Shown here one piece after another: positions 1 to 12,519 of a DNA stretch of 64,000 nt (the stretch's first letter is position 1; each line of letters starts with the position of its first letter). Source of the stretch: Octopus sinensis. Lineage: Eukaryota. The translations under genes were made by a program, and so were the position numbers. The notes beneath the pieces are model-generated. The model was not told the origin of the DNA and made no database searches. It saw nothing but the letters and a program-made list of their open reading frames with translations. The stretch spans positions 131,068,001 to 131,132,000 of the forward strand of contig NC_043000.1 of assembly GCF_006345805.1 (NCBI RefSeq), written 5' to 3'.

Positions 1-1674
1 ACTAACATCATCATAGCATCATAATTTTGAAATATCTATAAAACCGTCAAAAGCTTGTTAATTTTTAAGCTTTTGAAAATTTATTATTAGTGTTGCTTAA
101 TATGTTTTGCTAAAATTGCTGCTTCTTTTCAGATATCATCAAAAGAAAGGTAATTAAAATCCATTAAAATGACAGATCTCTAACGACAGAAATTGATTAC
201 TAAACAATATTATGAAATATCGGAGTCAGCTGTTGTGACGATAAGAAGTTGTTGTTATAATTGCATACTATAGGATGTGAAAGATGAACAATGCATGAAG
301 TTTTAAGAAAGTATTTATTTACCGTTACGTTACATTACCTTGCCTCGACGGGCAGGTTATGATCAATCCAAGAGCATACGAAAGAAAGTTAGATGTTTCT
401 TTACATAGTTTGGCGTATATGAATAGTTAGTAGTAATCCACAGATAGCGATAGAATGTTGTTGTAAGAGAACATAATTAGAGGAAGAGAGAATGGTAGGG
501 TGTTCACTCACAGTTGCTGACAGTAATTTTTATTTCTCTCGCTGATCATTAAATTTAGTAGAGGTACTCCTTGTGATCATGATTCTAGCAGTCCGTTCCC
601 TAACTAATTGAGTCGCCACGAGCTGCCTTGTTCAGTTGTCGCCAAGTGACTACTTGTTTGAGTCGTCACCGAAGTGACTGACTGATTTTTGCTTGGGGTG
701 TGCTTGCTTATACAACTATCTAGAAAGATAGATATATCATTGAGAACAATAGATTTAGTTGGTGGTCTTGTTATCTCTATTCTAGCTTTTGGTGGAGTAG
801 AAGAGATTAGAAAGGGTCAAGTGGTGAAAACATTATTTCGGCCTAGCTAAAGGCATCTGGAAAATGTAAAACTGCTGTCAGAGAAATACCATTGTTCCAT
901 CGTGGGGAAAGTTCTGTTGCAGTGTTAATTTAAATTTGGCTATGGTAGATCGAATCCACTTCATGCTTGCAAAATCCACTACAGATCTATCGGACTTTCA
1001 GAGAGGTCAAATTGTTGGTGCTCGTATATATAAAAGGGAATCCCGATGCTAAAGCATTCAAGGATGTCTAAGAAACTGAGTTTTCTACCTATATAATGAC
1101 ACTTAACGGAAAAGTAGTGGAGACACTGGTTAGTCTAGAAAATGATTTGGTTTCACGTATGAAACTCGAAATAAGAATGTGTTATGCTCAACAGACTATA
1201 TTACACATGCGCGCGCACACATGCACATCATCATCATCATCGTTTAACGTCCGTTCTCCATGCTAGCATGGGTTGGACAGTTCGACTGGGGATCTGGGAA
1301 GGCAGAAGGCTGCACCAGGCTCCAGTCTGATCTGGCAATGTTTCTACAGCTGGATGCCCTTCCTAACGCCAACCACTCCGTGAGTGTAGTGGGTGCTTTT
1401 TACGTGCCACCGGCACAGGTGCCAGGCGAGGCTGGCAACGGCCACGTTCGGATTGGTGCATTTTACGTGCCACCAGCACGGAAGCCAGTGAAGGCGGCGC
1501 TGACATCAGCCCCGATTCGGGTGGTGCTTTTTACGTGCCACCACACATAAATATATTTACGCTAGTACATACGACACAAAGGGCAACAATAACTCTGTCT
1601 TTCTCTTGAAAGAGGAAAAATAAAGAAAAAGAATCACAACAAAAAGTCACTGTTTATAGCTACAATGTGAGGTT

Positions 1675-1680
1675 TTTATT
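1675..1680 (-). terminator. Candidate polyadenylation signal of the five-exon gene
   Basis: AATAAA on the minus strand about 50 nt after the stop codon. Confidence 0.5.
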
Positions 1681-1727
1681 AACTTGTAATTCTTGAATCA
1701 TGATCAGGAAATCTGTTGATTGGTTAG

Positions 1728-1777
1728 TTAGGTTTTTAAGCGGATGAAGACGGTTACGGTATCACCAATACTATATC
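1728..1777 (-). CDS. Exon 5 of 5 (terminal) of the secreted protein
   Basis: Acceptor TTCATTCCAG|GA (phase 1). Encodes (G)YSIGDTVTVFIRLKT-stop (TAA 1730-1728). AATAAA on the minus strand at 1675-1680. Confidence 0.8.
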
Positions 1778-2299
1778 CTGGAATGAATAAAAGCAACAAC
1801 AATGACAACAAGAACAGCAAATAAAACAACAGTAATATCAGTAATGGATAATATTATCCTCAATAATTCTAATGACGGCGATCTTAAATAATCACCATCA
1901 CACAGGACGAAAAGCTTAGCGGCGTTTTGTCCATCTTTACGTTCTGAGTTCAAATTCCACCTAGGTCGACTTTACCTTTCAGCTGATATCCTCGCTGTTT
2001 GAGAGATATATTAGAAATGATCTCGTGTTAGATAACAACCATCTTCGGCTATTTTGACCCTGTTGTGAAAGAACTCGGAAGGTTGGGCCGCCAACCAGCC
2101 CTTTTGCGACACCCTTAAAACCAGGAACTTTTCAGCACCCCACCCCTGTATTAAGGTCAGTTGAGTGAAGTATTCGTTAGAGAATCAGTTAAAGTGTCTC
2201 GCGGTATTTTTCCGGTTATTTTAGTCCTGGGGTCAAATCCATGAATTTTCGTTCATAACATGAAGTACTATGAATAGTACTGACTCGATTTAATTGAAA

Positions 2300-2790
2300 A
2301 AAACTTATCTGGACAATTAACTCTCTAGAACAATTACCACCACCCCCTCCAGGACAATTACCCCCCTGCCGATGACAACTGCCCCCTAGGACAATTACCA
2401 CCCTTGGTTAATTAGCCCTCTCCAATATACTGTTGTTGTTTGTTCCTTCTCGAGCCACGCCTGTCTCATAAGAGTCGGCTTCCCGGTTTCCTTGGCGTAT
2501 AGGTTCCCTACCTGGACGATTGAGAGAAAGTTGTGGCGAAAGAGTCAGCAGAAGTTTGCCATTACCTTCCGCACATCGCCCAGTCTGAGATTCGAACCTG
2601 CGATCCCTCGACTGCGAGTCCGCTGCTCTAACCTCTAGGCCATGTACCTCCTTTCCAATATATTAAGACGTTTTAAATCATCATCTGTTGTCTTCAGGGA
2701 TAATTTTCCTTGAGGGGGAGAGGGGGATTGTCCATGGAGAGGTAAATGTCCTAGACTCGAATAAACACCCCGCATCCAAATTTCTGGTCT
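2300..2790. mobile_element. Foldback-like element with subterminal GGACAATT(A)CCCC repeats, split by a SINE
   Basis: Direct motif copies at 2310-2400 and inverted copies (GGGGGATTGTCC, GATAATTTTCC) at 2699-2760. Confidence 0.35.
2430..2653 (-). mobile_element. SINE family C-related, tail type 3 (longer copy at ~33262-33550 -)
   Basis: tRNA-like head; TSD TCCAATATA at 2421-2429 and 2654-2662; tail ends GAGAAGGAACAAACAAC. Confidence 0.75.
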
Positions 2791-2905
2791 TACTAGTACT
2801 ACTACTACTACTAATACTACTACCACCACCACCACCACCACCACTAGTACTTCTACTGACGTTAAAACAGACACTGGTGCACGAGATAAAGCATAATACA
2901 CTTAC

Positions 2906-3066
2906 CCTTGATCCATGTGACTTTAGATTTTGTACCAGAATAACGGATTAAAGGGTAGCGCGGTCCATTTTCATACGGACAATAATGTGGGCCATCGTTG
3001 ATGACCAGCCAGCCGTTGTCCTTTGAACAGCCATTCCGATTTTCTATACAAAAGTGACGATCCCCC
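2906..3066 (-). CDS. Exon 4 of 5 of the secreted protein (absent from ORF track)
   Basis: Acceptor CTCCACAG|G (phase 2). Encodes (K)GDRHFCIENRNGCSKDNGWLVINDGPHYCPYENGPRYPLIRYSGTKSKVTWIK. Donor G|GTAAGT, phase 1. 161 nt. Confidence 0.85.
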
Positions 3067-3301
3067 CTGTGGAGTTAATAAAAGTTGGCGGGATTTCAGG
3101 TTGAGAAAATCAAAACGTTTACTAAATATATGATAGGCGCAGGCGTGGCTATGTGGTAAGAAGTTTGCTTCCCAACCACATGGTCAGGGAGGGGTTCAGT
3201 CTCACTACGTGGCATCTGGGACAAGTGTCTTCTACTATAGCCTCAGGCCGACCAAAGACATGTGAGCAGATTTGGTGGACGGAAACTGAAAGAAGCCTGT
3301 C

Positions 3302-3404
<103 letters not shown>

Positions 3405-3949
3405 TTTATTACCCACATGGGGCTAAACATAGAGGGGACAAGCAAGGACAGACAAACGGATTAAGTCGATTACATCGACCCCAGCGTGTAACTGGTACTT
3501 AATTTTATCAACCCCTAAAGGATGAAAGGCAAAAGAGACCGATAGAATAAGTACCAGTATATGAAAATAAACAACAAAAGACAAACCAAAACAATAAATA
3601 CTCTCATTGCGCATTGGCTGGATGAAGATTCGTCTCTTTCTATTTTTCCTGTTTTTAATACAGGAAGTCCATAAGAGGTCGTTCAAAGCTAAATTCACAC
3701 CAGCATCGGTTGTCAAGTGATCTTGGGGGGACAAACACAGACACACAAACACACACACATATATATATATATATATTCATATATACGATGGGCTTCTTTC
3801 AGCTTCCGTCTACCAAATCCACTCACAAGGCTTTGGTCAGCCCGAGGTTATAGCAGAAAACACTTACCCAAGGTGCCACGCAGTGGGACTGAACCCGGAA
3901 TCATGTGGTTGATAAACAAGCTACTTCCCACACAGCCATTCCTACGGCG

Positions 3950-3984
<35 letters not shown>

Positions 3985-4324
3985 AGAGTTAACGTTAAAT
4001 AGGTCAACTCTAGTGCTAGAAATAGCTCCGTATTCTGGTATAGCCGCCGACGATACCTCCACATAGAAAAAGCACTACCCTCAACGTAAGGAAATTGAAA
4101 TACAACTAAAAAAAATAGATTAATGTTGTACAATTGTTTCTTTATCAATATAATACGCAAATTATACTCACATATATATCTATAAATCATCAGCAACATT
4201 TGTCATTGATACAATTTATCAGACCTACATGGGCGACGATTACCCAGGACTACATTTGAGTTTGTTTGTAAAAGAGAGAGATTGAAACATAAAATAATGA
4301 AAGGAATATTTACTGAGTGAGCAT

Positions 4325-4629
4325 TCCTTCTCCTTGACTTATGACTTATATGACTTATGACCATCCGTACTTGCGACCACAGAAAGTAAGGAAATAAAAA
4401 AATAAATAAATGATCAATTTTCGGACGTTGGGCAGCTGCACGTATAATAACTATGGCAGCATCTGGTTACGCAGGTTTCCCTCAGGTCAAGGCAGTGGAT
4501 GCCTGCCACTCATTCCGTCGCTTACAAGCACCAGTTGCATTTGAATGAAAACAGTGTTGAAAAATATAAATCCGACATATGACCTGTCAGTCGGACCGGA
4601 ACTCGGTCGTAAGTCGAGGATAAGCTGTA
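4325..4629. mobile_element. Degenerate Tigger/pogo-like MITE
   Basis: Right end GGTCGTAAGTCGAGG..CTGTA; left end has decayed CCTTGACTTATGAC repeats. Confidence 0.4.
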
Positions 4630-4748
4630 GGAAAATTAATTGTAAGATATCAGTAAAATTAAAAAGATTGTGAATAAAATGTGTAAATATAATTTAGAGA
4701 CTAGTGGAAAAGCGCTTGGGTGGCGGTCTTTTTGCTAGTATGACATAC

Positions 4749-4912
4749 TTAAGTCCCTGTAGTGAGAAAAACTTTGGGGTGGCTGAAGATAAATCATTCC
4801 ATGGGGAACTTTTCAGCTTTTCATGAGAGAACCAGGTTTCACGATTTGTATTTTGTCCATCAAACACCATATTAACCACAGCTGTTTGGTTTTTATAAAT
4901 CACCAGTTTCAC
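4749..4912 (-). CDS. Exon 3 of 5 of the secreted protein
   Basis: Acceptor CTTTTTAG|GTG (phase 0). Encodes VKLVIYKNQTAVVNMVFDGQNTNRETWFSHEKLKSSPWNDLSSATPKFFSLQGL. Donor AA|GTATGT, phase 2. 164 nt. Confidence 0.85.
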
Positions 4913-5054
4913 CTAAAAAGAGTAAAAAAAAGTAACATCCCCATAACTTAGCAGTTCGGCAAAAGAGATGGTTGGAATAATACTAGAGTTTTTAAAAAAA
5001 TAAATAAAAACTTGGGTAGATTTGTTCGATTAGGATCCTCCAACAAGAGGATCA

Positions 5055-5210
5055 GTTAATTATGAATTTATTCAACATGTTCCTCTCTCGGATTCACACA
5101 CTTATTGCAGTGGTTCTTCAGTTTTCCGAAGCTTTGTAAAAGAATTCGGAAGATTGAGCCTTCAACCAGGTCTTTCGTGACACCCTTAGAACTTTTCAGC
5201 ACCCCGTCAT
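5055..5210 (-). mobile_element. Mariner remnant (related copy at ~2050-2150)
   Basis: SFGKLKNHCNKCVNPREEHVE* resembles the mariner transposase C-terminus. Shares GACACCCTTA..AACTTTTCAGCACCCC with 2108-2145. Confidence 0.5.
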
Positions 5211-5452
5211 ATATACTATCAATATGCGTATGCTTACGATTGGTGGATAAAATCAACGCCTGTTGAATAGTGTTGCTTGAATTTGTAGCGAAACTAATTT
5301 CTATTATGGCATATTGGAGTCGACTAGCTTTTTATAGGCTTCACACGTTAATTTGAAATGATTGACTTATCATTTGAGTTTGGAACATTGGTTGAGTCCT
5401 GTACTTTGATTGGTCAAATATTGCGCAGGATTCGATCAAGGATCCAATCACG

Positions 5453-6640
5453 TTGTCATCTCACCCGAAAGAGGACAAAACAGTTAAACTATGAGTTTAA
5501 TCCCCACCGAGGTCAACTTGCTTTACTTTCTTCCGAGTTCAATAAAACTTTGATCAACCATATATCGTAAGTTAATTTAGTCGATATTTTTACCCATTCA
5601 CTCATCACTCACAAAGAAGAGAGACCTTTGTCTGTGATAAATGTTCTTCTAACTGCAGTTTGTTATGAAGTAAACCTCTACGTGCCAACTACATAATTTG
5701 TTCAAGCTTGGCAGCCTTCCAAAATAATTCTAAAGCAACTATCCGGAATCTTCTCTGGAGCCTTATTCTGCAGTTAACAAAACATCTACAACAGAGGGGT
5801 GAAAGATTTTCACGAAAGCAAATCACGTTATTTTCCTGCCGTTAAACGAAACACATGCAACGAACGAACGACGACCCGAGCTGAATTATCCAAACGATGG
5901 ATGAACTATACAACTACCAGTATCCGTGGTGTCTTTATTTTGACCACTGTATTATTAAGCAGAGGAATAAAGTATCGCTGTAATTTTAAAGTTTGTTTCT
6001 TGTTTTATTTCCACAAGTGAACATGCAACACTTCATGTAATGGTATACAATATTCCGTAGTAAACGAAGGGAGATTTTATATCTACACAGCTAATAATTA
6101 ACCCTCCTCCAAAATGTGTAGCGATCTATACATGACAGAAAGCATTGTTACAGGGTGTTCATTTATCAGACTTACAGAAGAAATACATCCTAGGATATTT
6201 CTTCTTAATTGCTGTCTGTTAGTTCTTCAATCCTGTGGACTTCCCCATGTTGTTGTTTTTTTTTTTTTTTGGTCTTTCACGCTTACTTTCCTCCTCTTGA
6301 TTTGGGTTTTGATAAGTTGCTGTTTGGTCTGTTCCTACAAGGTTTTGTTTGTAAGCCTGTCTTGTCATCTCACCCGAAAGAGGACAAAACCGTTAAACTA
6401 TGAGTTCAATCCCCACCGAGGTCAACTTGCTTTACTTTCTTCCGAGTTCAATAAAACTTTGATCAACCATATATCGTAAGTTAATTTAGTCGATATTTTT
6501 ACCCATTTACTCATCACTCACAAAGAAGAGAGAGACCTTTGTCTGTGATAAATGTTCTTCTAACTGCAGTTTGTTATGAAGTAAACCTCCACGTGCCAAC
6601 TACATAATTTGTTCAAGCTTGGCAGCCTTCCAAAATAATT
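5453..6640 (+). repeat. Pair of ~278-bp near-identical direct repeats (5453-5729, 6362-6640)
   Basis: Direct comparison; produces the duplicated ORF tail CHLTRKRTK..NKTLINHIS in the ORF track. Confidence 0.92.
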
Positions 6641-7044
6641 TCAGGGACATCCTGCTAGGTATCTGGTGCAGGTGTGGCTGTACAGTATGAAACTTCATCC
6701 TTTCGGGGTCGATAAATTAAGTACCAGTTACGCACTGGGGTCGATGTAATCGACTTAATCCATTTGTCTGTCCTTGTCTGTCCTCTCTGTGTTTAGCCCC
6801 TTGTGGGTAGTAAAGAAATAGGTATGAAACTTCCCTCCCAACCACATGGTTCTACGTTCAGTTCCACCTCGTGGCACCCAGGGGTAAGTGTCTGCTGCTA
6901 TAGCCTTGGGCCGACCAAAGCCTTGTGAGTGGATTTGGTAGGCGGAAACTGAAAGAAGCTTGTCGTATATATGTAAATATGTATCTATGTGTGTGTGTGT
7001 GTGTGTGTGGTTGTCTATTTGTGTATATGCATATGCATACATAC

Positions 7045-7223
7045 CTCGTCAATTGGAATGTGTTCCCAGAAATCAAGGATAGGATGTCGGAAGAAGTTGG
7101 GACAAAAGGTATCATTGCATTTGTTCACCTTCCAGGATGAAAAATGTCCTTTACTGTCATAGGAATCAAAAACTTTCAAACCAGCTTCCGTTGATAATGA
7201 ATAGGTTTTAATCCACGCGCTAT
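7045..7223 (-). CDS. Exon 2 of 5 of the secreted protein
   Basis: Acceptor ATTTCAG|AT (phase 1, matches exon 1). Encodes (N)SAWIKTYSLSTEAGLKVFDSY...CNDTFCPNFFRHPILDFWEHIPIDE. Donor GAG|GTATGT, phase 0. 179 nt. Confidence 0.85.
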
Positions 7224-7831
7224 CTGAAATATTGATAATGATACAGAAAATATAAAAATTTCCTCGTTGAAACCGAAAAAAATGAGGCATCTCAAAGCAG
7301 TTACAATACCTATTTCTTTATTACCCACAAGGGGCTAAACATAGAGGGGACAAACAAGGACAGACATAGGTATTATGTCGATTACATCGACCCCAGTGCG
7401 TAACTGGTACTTAATTTATCGACCCCGAAAGGATGAAAGGCAAAGTCGACCTCGGCGGAATTTGAACTCACAACGTAACAGCAGACGAAGTACCGCAAAG
7501 CATTTCGCCCGGTGTGCTAACGCTTCTGCTAGCTCGCCGCCTTTACAATACCAGTGATTGTAGCAGCATATGGAATGTTCAGAAAAGGAACCGGCATTAT
7601 TTGAGAATGATCTCTGGCTTACCAACATGTGCAAAAGGTTGTTTTAGCTTTTTGCCAACATTATAAAGAGGGTAGATATACAGACAGAGAGGTTGATTTG
7701 ATTGTTAAGAACATAATAGTATTAAAATTTACCTTCTGACTATAGATTTTTTTCCTTTAGTTATTTAGATCTGTTAGTGGGGAGGGAGGGATTTTCGGTT
7801 GGATGGAGAAAAGGAATTTTTCTATTTATAG

Positions 7832-8145
7832 GTATCACGTCACGTGATCACGTGACCGACCAGACCATCAGATGTTGTTACACATCGCTGGTCACAATGT
7901 GTTCGCATTGTTTTAGCCTTCGAATGACGCCACCCCGCTGGCTAAGCGAGCAGGCCAACAGAAGAAAGAGTGGGAGAAAGAGTGGTGAAAGAGTACAGCA
8001 GGGATCACCACCCCCTGCTGGAGCCTCGTGGAGCTTTTAGGTGTTTTCGCTCAATAAACACTCACAACGCCCGGTCTGGGAATCGAAACCGCGATCCTGC
8101 GACCGCGAGTCCGCTGCCCTAACCACTGGGCCATTGCGCCTCCAC
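7832..8145 (-). mobile_element. SINE family C (tRNA-Arg-like head), tail type 1
   Basis: Head GGAGGCGCAATGGCCCAGTGGTTAGGGCAGCGGACTCGCGG..GGTTTCGATTC; TSD ATTTATAG at 7824-7831 and 8146-8153. Confidence 0.85.
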
Positions 8146-9784
8146 ATTTATAGATATAGGAAGGGGTAAAATAAATGTCAAAAGTTATTCATGTTGAAGT
8201 TTAAAAGGTAGGGGAATTATAGGCTATTAATGTCTTAGAGTTTCCAATGCTTACTACTACTTGGCATCCTGATTTTACATCAAGAAAACTAAGCAAATAT
8301 CCTTTAGACAATTAACTAAATGCAATAATAATTCTCTAAAGGAGATATAGACAGTGACTGCTCCATAACATAAGGGACATTAGCCAACTGAATATGGCTA
8401 GGGACAGAGCAGGGTGGTGGGGGTGTCACTGTTGCATTTAGCCCCAGGCGAACATCAACGTCACCAGATAGGCCGACGCCATCACGGCGTCCTCTATCTT
8501 GCAAAGGGAGATCATTCCCCAAGAAGCGGATGCCACACACGGACCTAGGTTTCAAGGTGTATTGCCTATTATCAACGTATGGTAGGCACCGCTTCTCGAC
8601 GAACAACTCACCGTGCAAGGTATATATAAAGATTTTCAAGTAAATACATTTACTGATTTCGAAAATCTGTTCGACAGCAATAAACATTTGTATCTTATAT
8701 AGTTATAGAAAATATAGAAATCATTTTACATTTACATAAATATATATATATCCATTTCCATTAATATATATAATCATAATTGGCTAGTAAGTGGTGATTA
8801 TTTTAATAAATTGAATTAAAAGAAAATGTTAGACCTGTAAGAAATATGAACGCACGTGGTCGTATTGTGTAGGGAATACGATCGCACGTGGTCATATTCT
8901 TAACGAATTATTACAAGCCGTAAATACATGCCGTAACAATAGAACATAAGTGAATTGACGACAAGTCTTGCTGTTGAGATATAAATATTATTTATTTCAC
9001 AATCGTGTCAACGTTAGGAGTTTGTAAGCGTTCGCATGTCTTGTGTCTGTGTGTTTGTGTGTGTGGCAGGACAATCAGGGTGAATGCGGCTGGCATAAAA
9101 GGTACATGATGGTGGCGACGGGGAAGATAGTAGGCTTTCTATGATTGTGTATATTAGCGTAGCCGGCAGTAGCCGGAACAATCGTATATCGCTTGGTTGA
9201 GTAACGCTGTGGCCTAAAGTTAGTTCTTAGAAGAACTGGAACTAAAAGACGAAAAGTGTCTGAAAACACTCCTTTATATACCGGTTGGTTGGCTCAAACG
9301 AGCCTCAAAAACGGAATCTTAACCAAAGGCCGTGATTGGTTATTTCGGGACAGTGGTGCGAAATAAGTAGAGACAAATCGCGTCACGTGTCAACCAATCA
9401 GGTTAGTGTTTACAACAGGAACTAGTTGACCAAAGATGGCTGTAACCTCAAACGAGATCATTTCTTGCCTTGCCTTTCAACAGTGACGATATTAGAAATC
9501 GCTATAGTCATATTTCAAAATGGCTGAAAACTGCCATGCTACAGGCCTAATATTTACTAAGTTTGGAGAAAAAAACTTTTATTTATTTAGTACATATATT
9601 AAGAGTAGGCATAATATTTAATAACCATGGGAAAAAACCTTATTAATTAAGTATATATATTAGGAGTCATAAGATATATTAAAAATAATGGAAGAGAACT
9701 AATCCACCACCACCACCACAACAACAACAACAACAACAACAACAGCAATAACAACAACAACGACGATGATAATGCGCCACTTAC

Positions 9785-10118
9785 TTCTGTAATAGGACAG
9801 CTCGTTGCTGTCATTCGTGCTGACGACTGTCATTATATTTTTCGGTGAGTAATTCTTACAAACGTAGCTGACTGTGTCGTAAGTAAAAAACTCCGATTGG
9901 CTGTTTAGAGCAACGCCGGCACATTCCAGTAGAGTTTCTGTTGAGGAGAACTGTTCTTCTGGAGGTGTCTGAAGGTAGCCATAGGAATAACCAGGCCCCA
10001 AAAACTCATAGTGAGCTTCACTAAATTCCCGATCTGAAGTAACGGTTAGAATTGTTGCAAGGATTAACAGCAGCATTCTGATCACAACTGCTGGACGAGT
10101 AGAAGGGAACCGGGACAT
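9785..10118 (-). CDS. Exon 1 of 5 of a predicted secreted protein (signal peptide + PAN/apple-like segment)
   Basis: ORF MSRF...MLLLILATILTVTS (hydrophobic signal-like stretch; second Met at 10076), then LLECAGVALNSQSEFFTYDTVSYVCKNYS (PAN-like Cys spacing). Ends TAC AGA A|GTAAGT, phase 1 donor at 9784. Confidence 0.85.
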
Positions 10119-11316
10119 TCTTGTTTTAAGATCATCAGAGGGAGAGAGAGAGAGAGAGTGCGTGGAAGCAAATGGCTTTAGAGAAAGAAGAGAGATATAG
10201 GAGAAAGAGGGTGAGATTCAGCAAAAAGTGAAGGTGAAATTTAATATACAAAGAGAAAACGGGGGAGAAAAAGACAGAAAGGGTGGAAAAGAATTAGAGA
10301 GTAACAGAGAGGTATCCTGAAAGAGAAGAGAGAAATAAAATGACAAGAGGTAAAAATTTTGAGTATGCGAGGAAGGATAACTTAAAAAAAAAAGAAAAAT
10401 AAGAAATAAATTATGATTTGGAATAGAAAATTAAACATAAATTAGTGTTGTTAATATAGGCACAGATCCTGGGTAAGATTTTAGTAGTGGGGCCCTGCTT
10501 CGGGAATTCCAAGGATTTGAGGAGGGAGGACCCTCCTTTTAGCCACTGTTGTTCACAGGTCAATTCTGACAAGAATAGTATGAATTGTCAGTGTCCCAGC
10601 TGGGGGTTAATTAGCAACTCAATCGAGAAAGATGGAGCTCGTTAACCAGGTGGGGGAGTGCAATCCATCTAGCGGAAGGAAAACCCTGATTCCAAATATG
10701 TTTCCTTGTAACCATACACAAGCATGAAAAAGGCTTTCGCTGTCATCAAGTTGTAGTGGCCGTGCTGTTTCTCAGGATTCATTAGTGACGTTGGGATGTG
10801 GGACACTGTGCAGGATCGAATTCTTTCGAACACCCCCTACTTGAGAGATAGAACAGAATAAAACATCAGACAAGAAGAACAATGCAGCTCAAACAGCATA
10901 TGGGCAACCCTTAAATGCAGTGCTTGTGTGACAGAGACTGCCATTTGCATATCAAATAGTTCAGACACAGACAATGCTGTTCTAGTGGGGGTGAGGACTC
11001 TAGGGCCTTAATCCTAAGTCATTAATGACAGAGGGCCACAGAATACAGGGGTAAGAATATTGAAGGCGGTGAGCTGGCAGAGCCGTTAGCACGCCGGGTG
11101 AAACGCGTAGCCGTATTTTGTCTGCCGCTACGTTCTGAGTTCAAATTTGCCTTTCATCCTTTCGGGGTCGATTAAATAAGTACCAATTACGCACTGGGGT
11201 CGATGTAATCCACGTAATCCCTTTATCTGTCCTTGTTTGTCCCTTCTATGTTTAGCCCCTTGTGGGCAATAAAGAAATAACAAACTTTCACTCTCTTCTT
11301 ACTGTACACACACACA

Positions 11317-11373
<57 letters not shown>

Positions 11374-12519
11374 ACACACACACACACAAAATTGGTTGTG
11401 ATAAAAAAATACTTACTTTCACTGAGGTAGGGAGTAACCCTTTCACTTTAGATGGTTATATGAGGGGCTGATGTCAGAACTGTTCATTTTCTCTGCTGTC
11501 CCTACTCTCTTCTACGGTCAGTAGTTGCCCCTATTACCCATAATAGGGTCTACAAATGTCAGGACTCTATATAAATGCCAATACTGCTCCCAGCCCTAAG
11601 TTCTGTAATCAGTGTTACCTACAGACTTAAATGCGTCCACATATGACCAAAACACGCAGACTGTACACTACTGTCTGTACCATCCACTTGCATTAAACTA
11701 GTTTACGCATAACCACCGAAGTTTAAACACACAAAGCATTTCAATACGTTTTCTTTCATTGCTTAGAAGAAAGAAAAAAAGCCAGAAAAGTCATTAAATA
11801 GAGACATGCGCTTCATTAAACAAACAGAAAATACGGCTTTGGAATTACTGAAAATGTTCCGATGTTAGTATTGTTGTTGATGTGTTGTTGGTGATGGGGT
11901 GTTGTGGTCCTGATATTTGTGGGTAAAGATATAATAGTTGAACAATGAATGTCGATATAAAGAAAACTGTCGTTATATCATAGATAAAAGCATTCAGATA
12001 TATCAACGCGGATGAGGCAATGAGGACATGTTCATTGTTCTGAATCGGTACACAATCGATTTTGATTATCGACAGCTGACATGTCGAAAGATTTCAGGTT
12101 TTGAAATACCTTGACAAGAAAAGTTTTCCTCGATTTTGCCGATAATTTCAATAACACATGTCTGTATCATCGAAATTATCGGCGTTTCATTATTATGAAC
12201 GAACGAACGAACATACATACATACATACATACATCCATTCATCCATCCATCCATCCATCTACCTACTGTTTGCTAACAAAATAGTGCCCGACCCCAAATT
12301 CTAATCAGTTTGGCCATTCACGAGGCCAAACATCCTTGAAAGTTTCATCCGAATCCATCCAGCGTATGGCTCATCTTTATGGAACTGTCCTCATCCATCC
12401 ATCAATTCATTCATTCATCCATCCATCCATCCATCCACCCATCCATTCATTCATCCATCTATCCATCCATTCATCCATCCATCCATCCTTCCTTCCTACC
12501 TAGCTGCCTACCTTCCTTC

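Noticed and set aside
8070-8145. tRNA genes at SINE heads (also 50098-50170 and others)
   Set aside because: They have A/B boxes but no proper acceptor stem, and they continue into repeat bodies bounded by TSDs.
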